From: Desulfobacterales bacterium
GTDB taxonomy: Bacteria; Desulfobacterota; Desulfobacteria; Desulfobacterales; JAEINQ01
Direction: 5' to 3'
NCBI GenBank assembly: GCA_016342285.1
Contig: JAEINQ010000030.1
Location: 4,490 to 68,489, forward strand
Length of the DNA stretch: 64,000 nt
A model generated the notes under the pieces. The model was not told where the DNA came from and ran no database searches. It was given only the letters and a program-made list of their open reading frames with translations. The position numbers and the translations under genes are program-made. Shown in pieces: positions 50,088 to 57,862 of this stretch. Positions within the stretch are counted from its first letter, which is position 1. Every line of letters starts with the position of its first letter.

Positions 50088-50384
50088 CTACCGCTTCAAC
50101 CCGACCACCTCGTCGTAAGTGTCAATCTGCGGGGCACCGTCCATCATGGGGGCCGTGGTCTTCATCAGTTCCTTGAAATAAGGGGTCGACCCGTGAAAGG
50201 CGAAGGCATCCATGTCCGTATATTTTTCGTAAAACATAAAGATCGACGGGTCTTTCTGGGAACGGTGCAGGGTATAGACCAGGGTCCCGGCCTCCTTGCC
50301 CACCTTGGCAACCATCTCCTGCAAGGTCTTTTCCATCTCCGCCGCCTGTCCCGATTTGGCCTTTATCTTCGCCACAACAATCAT
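50088..50384 (-). CDS. ABM-family monooxygenase (YgiN-like)
   Basis: EAGTLVYTLHRS, FYEKY, HGSTPYF. Confidence 0.9.
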   Translation of the reverse strand: MIVVAKIKAKSGQAAEMEKTLQEMVAKVGKEAGTLVYTLHRSQKDPSIFMFYEKYTDMDAFAFHGSTPYFKELMKTTAPMMDGAPQIDTYDEVVGLKR

Positions 50385-50496
50385 TTTTTCTCCCTATGTT
50401 TTCCGTTGTTGAAGTGGCCTCCGGGCCGCGAACCTAAATTCCCAAACCACAATTCGTCAACCTGTCGGGCGTAGCCGCGAGGCGAAGCCTGATCCG

Positions 50497-50530
50497 GCAA
50501 TCCGCCAATCCGCCAATTTCCCCATTCGCC
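50497..50530. repeat. Octamer tandem repeat (CAATCCGC)n
   Basis: GCAATCCGCCAATCCGCCAATTTCCCCATTCGCC. Confidence 0.6.
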
Positions 50531-50533
50531 ACT

Positions 50534-51289
50534 TCAAAACTGCAAATAACGCTTTTCATATACCACCAGCGGCCCGTATCCGAACAGGGCGTTGAGATGG
50601 TGTAGCAAGGCATGGCGCCCTTCGTCCTGCCAGGTGCGGGTCAGTTCTTCGTCGACTTTTTGAAAAAACCCAAGCCTTTCGGCCAGATCGTCGGGAACCT
50701 GGCCGCCGTCGGTCCGAGACGCGATATCTTCGACCAGTTCGAGCCACATGCGGCTGGCGCCCATAATAAAATGGGGCCATGCGCGCTGAACCGGTTCAGA
50801 CCAGTTCTGATCGGCGGTGTCGGCAATACGCGGCTTGCCAATGTGATCGGTGTCGGAATACGCCACCCGGTTCACTACCCCATCCTGTTCAAGACGAGAA
50901 AGCAGACGATCGGACCGAAGGATACCGAAAATCGCCTTGGCCGTCGCCTGCTCCGAATAGAAGATAAAACTGAACTGGTGCCCGGTCTTGTCCCGCATGG
51001 CCCGGCGGTGAAATCGCCACAGAGAGATCTCGGCATCAAAGGCCTTGAGCACCGGTGCCACCACCTGATGGGCAATCAGGGCATCAAGGTGCCAGGCGGG
51101 ATCGGCCCCTTGGGGCCAGTCAAACTGAAACCGGGCCGCCCACCACCCGCTGTCGGCATTGCTCGCGGGTGCCGGCGGCGGCTTTACCAACGGCGCCGGC
51201 GACAAAGGAATTCCGGCGACGCAGCCGGAGAACACCACCACCCCCAAAAGGGCCAGGACAATAAGGGGGCAGCGGGTTGAGGTTATCAT
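50534..51289 (-). CDS. Hypothetical lipoprotein
   Basis: Lipobox VFSGC; Pro-rich linker; WRFHRRA, GHQFSFIFY, HHLNALFGY. Confidence 0.8.
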   Translation of the reverse strand: MITSTRCPLIVLALLGVVVFSGCVAGIPLSPAPLVKPPPAPASNADSGWWAARFQFDWPQGADPAWHLDALIAHQVVAPVLKAFDAEISLWRFHRRAMRDKTGHQFSFIFYSEQATAKAIFGILRSDRLLSRLEQDGVVNRVAYSDTDHIGKPRIADTADQNWSEPVQRAWPHFIMGASRMWLELVEDIASRTDGGQVPDDLAERLGFFQKVDEELTRTWQDEGRHALLHHLNALFGYGPLVVYEKRYLQF

Positions 51290-51292
51290 GGC

Positions 51293-51988
51293 CTATCCCA
51301 TCTCGTCTCCGCTCACCCACCCTTTCTTATACATATGGCGGGCGGTGGCCACGGAGATGATGACCATGGGCGGGATCACCACCGAATAGGGGATATTGTC
51401 TTTGATCAGCGCGATGCCCAGACCCAAAACCAGGGGAACGGCGGCAAGCTTCGGGTTTTTCAGGATATAGATCCCTCCCAGGGCACCGAACAGGGCGGGC
51501 AGCACCTGGTCCAGGGCCAGGCTCAATGACGTACCGGATTCTTTCAGCCCGTCGATGAAGGGCAAAAAGGCCAGCATGCCGACGATGAGGACCAACTGGC
51601 AGGAAATCATCGAGCCGGCGATGCCCAGGGTGGAGACCACTTCGGCCTCGGGGGTACCCGGGCGGGTGCCGACCACCTCCTGGGCGGTCATGGCCACGGG
51701 CACCCGCAGGTTGAGCACGTTGCCCACCAGAAAAGACATGTAGGTACCACCGAACCCCAGCATGGGGTAATAGACCACCGGCTCAATGAGGCCGATCACC
51801 ACAAAAATGGCCCAGACAGCCAGCAGCGCTCCCATCAGGGTACCCGGATCAGGGACCATCCCGTGAAAAAAAGCCAGGTAGAGCCCGGGCAGAAACAGAC
51901 AAACCACCGCCGCCAGCATGGTTCCCCGGCCGTTGCGGTGAATGGGATCAATGAACGCCTTCTGAAAAACCGCTTCCTTGTCAATCAT
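51293..51988 (-). CDS. Polytopic membrane protein (partner of DUF5058)
   Basis: EPVVYYPMLG, YMSFLVGNVLNLRVP, VLPALFG; GGAGG RBS; start re-set to 51988. Confidence 0.8.
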   Translation of the reverse strand: MIDKEAVFQKAFIDPIHRNGRGTMLAAVVCLFLPGLYLAFFHGMVPDPGTLMGALLAVWAIFVVIGLIEPVVYYPMLGFGGTYMSFLVGNVLNLRVPVAMTAQEVVGTRPGTPEAEVVSTLGIAGSMISCQLVLIVGMLAFLPFIDGLKESGTSLSLALDQVLPALFGALGGIYILKNPKLAAVPLVLGLGIALIKDNIPYSVVIPPMVIISVATARHMYKKGWVSGDEMG

Positions 51989-51989
51989 C

Positions 51990-52718
51990 TCAACCTCCGA
52001 TCCCAAAAAGTGCGTGTCCGAATCCGGCTGCCGCCATGCCGCCGACAATGGCCATGGAGACGATCCACTCCTTGAGCCAGGCCTGTTTACCGATGGTATA
52101 GATCGCCCCGAGGACCACAACGGATAAAAACCCGCCCAACAGCGCCACCAGGGGTGCTCCACCGCGAACCAGGGGCTGGGAAACCATGTACCCCACCGCA
52201 CCGAAAAAAGCGGCAGTGGACAGCACTCCCATCCACTTGGCATCGCCACCAGCCAGTTTCCCCTTGAGGTTCTTGATCTTGGGTGTGAAAAAGGCCACGA
52301 AAATCAGAGGGATCAAAAACCCCATGCACATGACCCAGACCGCCGTGGCAAAGGCCCGGCCGGTGGGATCCTGGGTGATGCTTTCCAGTCCCATTTCCCG
52401 GGCTGCAATGGCCGAGGCCATCAACTCGTAAACCACATTGCCCAGAACGGAAAGCCGCATCCAGGGAAAAGGAGCACCCAGGCTCGGAATCAGCACGGCC
52501 AGGCCCAGCAAAATGGCGATGGACGGCACCAAAGCCGTGGTGAACCCGGTGCGAAAAGCGGTCATCATCTGCGTTCGGGTCAGTCCAATGGCCTCACCCG
52601 CCCTTAAGGAGATCAGGGTAAACCGGATGGCCTGAAAAAAGACCACCACCACAATGGCCGAGCATGCCAGCCACATGCCGGCGCTGTTGGCGACGTCCAG
52701 ATAGTTCTCCATGTACAC
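51990..52718 (-). CDS. DUF5058-family membrane protein
   Basis: YLDVANS, PSIAI, PFPWMRLSVLG..YEL, WLKEW. Confidence 0.75.
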   Translation of the reverse strand: MYMENYLDVANSAGMWLACSAIVVVVFFQAIRFTLISLRAGEAIGLTRTQMMTAFRTGFTTALVPSIAILLGLAVLIPSLGAPFPWMRLSVLGNVVYELMASAIAAREMGLESITQDPTGRAFATAVWVMCMGFLIPLIFVAFFTPKIKNLKGKLAGGDAKWMGVLSTAAFFGAVGYMVSQPLVRGGAPLVALLGGFLSVVVLGAIYTIGKQAWLKEWIVSMAIVGGMAAAGFGHALFGIGG

Positions 52719-52734
52719 CCTTTCTTTGGATGAA

Positions 52735-52936
52735 AAAAATCCTGACCCAGAGGATCGGGCTTTGGTTAGCCCCTGGAAAGGGGATTGATTGCCACCCCAG
52801 ATCAGTGCGAAGTGACTTTGTAATTCTAAACAACATATTTTAAATTTATCAAAGACAATGCGTCGCTACGCTCCGCCGGTTTTCTATAACGGGCAGAAGT
52901 TCTTATCCTCCGTGGTCTCCGTGCGCTTCATGGTGA
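52735..52936 (+). repeat. Repeat family B copy (left part) joined to an ACCAC-family right arm
   Basis: AAAATCCTGACCCAGAGGATCGGGCTTTGGTT, ATCAGTG, GTCGCTACGCTCC; then CTCCGTGGTCTCCGTGCGCTTCATGGT. Confidence 0.7.
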
Positions 52937-52950
52937 ACGGGCCTCAATGA

Positions 52951-54417
52951 CTATCCCATCTCATCGGCATTGCGAATCACCTGGGCATAGAACCGGACCA
53001 CTTCGACCATGTTGTCCACGGCGATCCGCTCGTCGGTGCCATGAATCCGCGGCAGGTCCGCGGCAGCCAGCCTTGCCGGAAAAAACCGCAGGATCGTGTC
53101 GCTGATTTCGCTGTAGTGGGGGGTGTCGGTGGTGGCCTGGACCAGAAAAGGGGTCACCAGGGCATCGGGAAAAACCTGGCGAACGCTTCGTTCCACAGCC
53201 CTGTATCCCGGCGAATCCGGATCGGATACCCGAGACGGTTCGCTCTTCATGTTGCCGCCGATGGCCACCGAAACCCGAGGATCGTCAATGGTCCGCCGGA
53301 CCCGATCCACAGCGGAATCGGACGTGTCGCCGGGCAACAGCCGGAAATTGATCATGGCCCGGGCCTTGTCCGGAAGCACATTTTCAATCTTCCCGCCCCG
53401 GAAGACCGTCACGGCCGTTGTGGTACGAAGGGACGCCCGGGTGGCGTCTCCGCCTTCCAGGGCTTTTTGAATCAGGGGTCGAAGAAGCCAGTTGTTGGCA
53501 AAAAGAAACCGCATGCCGAACGGCATCTCCGGGCCCACGGTATCGAACATCTTTTTGGTGGCCCCCTCGAACCGGGCCGGAAATGGTTTTTTTTCAAGCG
53601 TTACCAAGGCTTGGGCTAAAATTCCGATGGCGGTCTGTTTCGGCGGCATGGCCGCATGGCCACCCGCCAGCGACACTTCCAGTTCCAGGGTCAGATAGCC
53701 TTTTTCCGCAATTCCGATCATGGCCACCGGCGCTGTGATCCCGGGAATCATGCCGGTGGTGATGGCACCGGCTTCGTCAAGAATGAACTCGGCCCGGACC
53801 CCCCTGGATTTGAGGATTTCGGCAATCCGTGCCGCTCCGAAGGAGCCCCGCGTCTCCTCATCATGACCAAAGGCCAGATAGACGGTCCGCCTCGGCCGGT
53901 GGCCGGTGGCCAGCAACGCTTCCACCGCCTCTAGAGTACCCATGAGGCTCCCCTTGTCGTCGAGGCTCCCCCGGCCCCAGATAAAACCGTCCGCGATATC
54001 GCCGGAAAAAGGCGGGTGGGTCCAGTCGGCCTCGGTTCCTTCGGCGATGGGGACCACGTCGATGTGGGCCATGAGAATCACCGGCGCCAGCGTCGGATCG
54101 CTCCCGGACCAGGTATAGAGTCGGCTGAATTCGTTGACGGGTTCACATTGCAGGGCTTCATGCACGTTGGGGAAGGCCTTTTGGACAAACCGGTGAAATT
54201 CGGCAAATGACTCCAGGTCAAGCCGCTGCGGGTCGGCATGGCCGATGGTCTTGCACTGAACCGCCGAAGACAATCGCCGGGCAACGGCATCGGCATCCAC
54301 CACAAAATCGGTCACCGGGTCCACGGCTTCCTGTCTGGATTTAAACCGCAGGGTCTTCAGGGTCATCGCCATGACCAGCAAGACAAAATGAAAAATAACG
54401 AGATATAACAGTATCAT
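52951..54417 (-). CDS. M20-family peptidase (PM20D1/Cps1-like), N-terminally anchored
   Basis: AHIDVVP, GRGSLDDK, GHDEE, LDEAG, HGTDER. Confidence 0.93.
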   Translation of the reverse strand: MILLYLVIFHFVLLVMAMTLKTLRFKSRQEAVDPVTDFVVDADAVARRLSSAVQCKTIGHADPQRLDLESFAEFHRFVQKAFPNVHEALQCEPVNEFSRLYTWSGSDPTLAPVILMAHIDVVPIAEGTEADWTHPPFSGDIADGFIWGRGSLDDKGSLMGTLEAVEALLATGHRPRRTVYLAFGHDEETRGSFGAARIAEILKSRGVRAEFILDEAGAITTGMIPGITAPVAMIGIAEKGYLTLELEVSLAGGHAAMPPKQTAIGILAQALVTLEKKPFPARFEGATKKMFDTVGPEMPFGMRFLFANNWLLRPLIQKALEGGDATRASLRTTTAVTVFRGGKIENVLPDKARAMINFRLLPGDTSDSAVDRVRRTIDDPRVSVAIGGNMKSEPSRVSDPDSPGYRAVERSVRQVFPDALVTPFLVQATTDTPHYSEISDTILRFFPARLAAADLPRIHGTDERIAVDNMVEVVRFYAQVIRNADEMG

Positions 54418-54433
54418 GAATAATATGTCCCCT

Positions 54434-55474
54434 TTAAATCACCGTTCGATTGCGGCCCCCGTCCTTGGCCCGGAGCAGATTGCCATCAGCGGCCTGGATT
54501 AACGTCTTCATTTGGTCATCGACGGGAAAGTCGACACGGGAATGGACGGCACCGAGGCTGACCGTCACCCGGCCAAAATCCTGGTTCCCCGTTTCAATGG
54601 CCTTGCGAAGCTTTTCGGATACGTCGAGGAGTGCGTTTCTGGATATCGAAGAAAGAAATAGGATAAACTCTTCACCGCCATACCGGCCGATGAGATCCGA
54701 TGCGCGAATGTTCTCCTGCAGGGTGCCGGCCACATACCGCAACACCTCGTCGCCGAACTGGTGCCCGAAGGTGTCGTTGATATTCTTAAAATGGTCGATA
54801 TCGACCATAATGACGGCGACTTCGCTGTTGTTTCGCTGGGCCAGGTGGGCCAGGGGCTTGATGGCATTGAAAAAGCCACGACGGTTGAGAACCCCGGTCA
54901 GCGGATCGGTGTTGCTCTGAATGGCCATCTTCCGGTTTTCCTGCCAAAGCCGGTTCAGGGTTTCGCCCAGCAGTTCAAGTTCCAGCGATTCCAGGCCATA
55001 GGTATCCAGGGCCTCGAACAGGGCATTGATGGCACCGTGGGCACCGGCAATGCCGGCATTTTCGGTGACGGTCCGAAGGTACTGAAAAAAAGACTCGAAG
55101 GCCGGATGAAGCAGGTAGAATTCCAGTTTGAAGGCGATGAAAATGGCTTGGCTAAGATCGCAAATTTGCTGGCTGGACACCACCAGACCGTCGAGCTTCT
55201 CCTCAATGACGGCCAGTTCTGCCAGCACATTGTCCGGTACCTCAAAAAACTGGGGGAGCATCCCCTTTCTGGCCCACCCTTCGAGCTTCTCCCAGTAGGC
55301 GCTACGCAGGCGTCCTTCCTTGAGGATTTTCAGCCAAAAATTCTTCAAATCAACGCTTTGGGCGTTGTTTGACAGGTTGCGGTAAACAGATGCCGCCTGA
55401 TGATCGATGGCCGTGCACCGCCGGACAATGCGGATGATGGTGTCCTGGTTCATTTCGTTCTCTCTCCGTTCCAT
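54434..55474 (-). CDS. Diguanylate cyclase with ferritin-like N-terminal domain
   Basis: DPLTG, DIDHFKNIND, RxxD I-site, GGEEF. Confidence 0.9.
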   Translation of the reverse strand: MERRENEMNQDTIIRIVRRCTAIDHQAASVYRNLSNNAQSVDLKNFWLKILKEGRLRSAYWEKLEGWARKGMLPQFFEVPDNVLAELAVIEEKLDGLVVSSQQICDLSQAIFIAFKLEFYLLHPAFESFFQYLRTVTENAGIAGAHGAINALFEALDTYGLESLELELLGETLNRLWQENRKMAIQSNTDPLTGVLNRRGFFNAIKPLAHLAQRNNSEVAVIMVDIDHFKNINDTFGHQFGDEVLRYVAGTLQENIRASDLIGRYGGEEFILFLSSISRNALLDVSEKLRKAIETGNQDFGRVTVSLGAVHSRVDFPVDDQMKTLIQAADGNLLRAKDGGRNRTVI

Positions 55475-55517
55475 AAAAAGTCGCCTCCCGAAAGAGGCTG
55501 GCTCTGAATCGCAAAAT

Positions 55518-55698
55518 GTAAAGAATCCTGGCCCAGAGGACCAGGCTTTGGTTTGTCCCTGAAAGGGGCTGGGTTATCCCCCCATATCAGTGTGGAGTGC
55601 CTTAACTTTAGTTCACTTTAGTCACTTGCCGCAGAGGTGTCTCGGAATAGCCAATTGACTCAGACCACGCCACAGAACGTGGATTCCTACTTCAAATT
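55518..55698 (+). repeat. Repeat family B, full copy
   Basis: GTAAAGAATCCTGGCCCAGAGG ... ACTTTAG arrays ... ACGTGGATTCCTACTTCAAAT. Confidence 0.85.
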
Positions 55699-55709
55699 GA
55701 ACTGCCCCC

Positions 55710-57446
55710 TTATGGTAAGCGGATCAGTCGAAGCCCGAGGGTCGAATACCCCAGGGCAGAGTTGACCAGCCGCCGAACCCAGGTCCGGCATGCCTCGGGG
55801 GGTGCATTACAGGAGCCGCCCCGGGCCGGGCGCCGGGCACCCGCACGGTCATAGGCAACCGTCTCGCGCTGGGTGCCGTCCACGTCAGGCACCTGCCCAT
55901 CGCCGCACCACTCCATAACATTGCCGCTCATGTCGAAAAGCCCCAGGGCATTGGGTTGCCGAAGCCCCACCGGATGTGTGGCAAGGCCGCTGTTGCCACG
56001 ATGCCAGGCCACAAGATCGGCTATGTCACCACCGGCATAGGCTTGTTTTCTGCCGCCACTTCTTGCCGCATACTCCCACTGGTCTTCCGTTGGCAGGGCA
56101 AATCGGTATCGCCGCAGGGTTAACCGAATCAGTTTCCGAACGAAATCCATGGCGTCATCATAGGAGACCTGCTCCACGGGAAGATCGGCACCGCCCTGGA
56201 AATGCGCCGGGTTGACCCCCATGACCCGCTGCCATTCACCCTGGGTTACGGGAAAGGTTCCCATCCAGAAACCCGCCAGCCCAACGGGGTCGGCCGACGG
56301 TGATTGTCCCCAGGGATCGCCCGGCCGGAATTGGCCGTCCGGCACCCAGACAAAACGCAGCCCCAGAGACGGATCCGTCCAGGCGGCGCCGGGTGCCACG
56401 GTGGTTACCCTTCTGCCGGGAGGCAGATCGATTCGATCCTGCCGGCCGGTCCCAAAAGCATCGGATCGGCTCTCATGAACCGGCTCGGGCGATGATGGGG
56501 CAGCGGCAGCCCTGGTTCGACCGATGGACGGGTCTGCCGTAAGACGCCGAAGCAACGCGTCGAAATCGGCGGGCCTCTCCTTGGGATCATGGGTCAGGCA
56601 CTGGACAATCAGGCTGCGGATCGGGTCCGGTATGTCTTCCCGGCAAAATGCAACCGGCCCCTCCTTGAACTTTCTCACCCTCTCAATGAAATCGTCTTCC
56701 TCGTGGGGCAGACACCCTTCCCATATATAATAGGCAACCAATCCGAAGGAGAAAACAGCCGAACGGATGTCCGGCCGGGCGCCCTGCAGAATGAATTCGG
56801 GCGCGCACCAGTTCAAGGAAAACTGGGTATTGGCGGCCGTGGTCATGGTGCCCAGCCGCTTCAAACCGCCCAAGTCCCCGATGAGCAGGCCGCCGTCGGA
56901 GCCGATCAGCAGATTGCCCGGTTTGAGGTCGGTGAGCACGAAAACATCGACCACTTCCATGGAGAGCCGACGCAATGCGCCGGCCAGGGAGACCATGAGC
57001 GCCTTGGCCGAATCGGGAGAAAGCGGGTGGCGATCCAGAACGAAATCCCGCAGGTTCTCCGAACAAAGCTGCATGAGGATGACCAGATGGGCCTGGGCCT
57101 GGCGATCGGTCACCTCCTTGTCCACCAGGTGAAAATCGTAGACCTCGACCACCCCGGGGCCCCGTATCTTTTCATAGTAGGCCTCTACGGCATGAAAGTC
57201 CTGGGAAACCTTGGAATCGAGCTCGGCGGTGGTCTGACAGGACAGGGAGCGTTCCACCACGATGGGAACCACTTTCACCGCCCTCTCTTTAAAGCGGTCG
57301 CGCACCCGGTAAACGCTGCCATACACCCCCTGACCGATCCTTTCACGGATCTCGTAGGTGGGAAGGCATGCTCTGATAATTTTTTCCAAAAAGCGGTTCC
57401 TTATCTCAGGGCACGGGGAATTCCTGTCAGGCATCCCGGGCATCAA
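55710..57446 (-). CDS. Ser/Thr protein kinase - FGE-sulfatase (SUMF1-like) domain fusion
   Basis: GQGVYG, AVKV, DLKPGN, APE; LPTEDQWEYAAR, GLFDMSGNVMEW. Confidence 0.9.
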   Translation of the reverse strand: MMPGMPDRNSPCPEIRNRFLEKIIRACLPTYEIRERIGQGVYGSVYRVRDRFKERAVKVVPIVVERSLSCQTTAELDSKVSQDFHAVEAYYEKIRGPGVVEVYDFHLVDKEVTDRQAQAHLVILMQLCSENLRDFVLDRHPLSPDSAKALMVSLAGALRRLSMEVVDVFVLTDLKPGNLLIGSDGGLLIGDLGGLKRLGTMTTAANTQFSLNWCAPEFILQGARPDIRSAVFSFGLVAYYIWEGCLPHEEDDFIERVRKFKEGPVAFCREDIPDPIRSLIVQCLTHDPKERPADFDALLRRLTADPSIGRTRAAAAPSSPEPVHESRSDAFGTGRQDRIDLPPGRRVTTVAPGAAWTDPSLGLRFVWVPDGQFRPGDPWGQSPSADPVGLAGFWMGTFPVTQGEWQRVMGVNPAHFQGGADLPVEQVSYDDAMDFVRKLIRLTLRRYRFALPTEDQWEYAARSGGRKQAYAGGDIADLVAWHRGNSGLATHPVGLRQPNALGLFDMSGNVMEWCGDGQVPDVDGTQRETVAYDRAGARRPARGGSCNAPPEACRTWVRRLVNSALGYSTLGLRLIRLP

Positions 57447-57862
57447 GGATCATGGCCAAACACATGGAGCCGCCGCCCTCCTCTTGCGAGCCGGGGGACC
57501 GTGGTGCCGACCCATACCATAGCGCATCGATTGCAGGGTGTAAGTCACCGTGGAGTATGTCAAAATTTGCCGACCCTGTAAAGCACCGGGCCCGCCTCAG
57601 CCATCTCTTGAAACCCAAATCGACATGGATCCGACTCATAAACAATCGAATCAAAAGAAGGACCGCCCCATGGGGCCACGGAACACGTGCCAATCACCCC
57701 ATTTGCCTGCCCCAGATCGGCTCCTGGAAGCCCTGCCATATCACCTTGCCGCTCAAGTCCTCCCCATCAAAGCCCGATAACGTCTTAGAATAGGCTGTCG
57801 CCGAAGGTTACGCGGTATATATTTACAAATTGTTGCTTCGAAATTCAAGAATTGAGAAAAAC

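Noticed and set aside
55710-55900. FGE domain C-terminus as a DGR target
   Set aside because: No template repeat or reverse transcriptase is present in the window.
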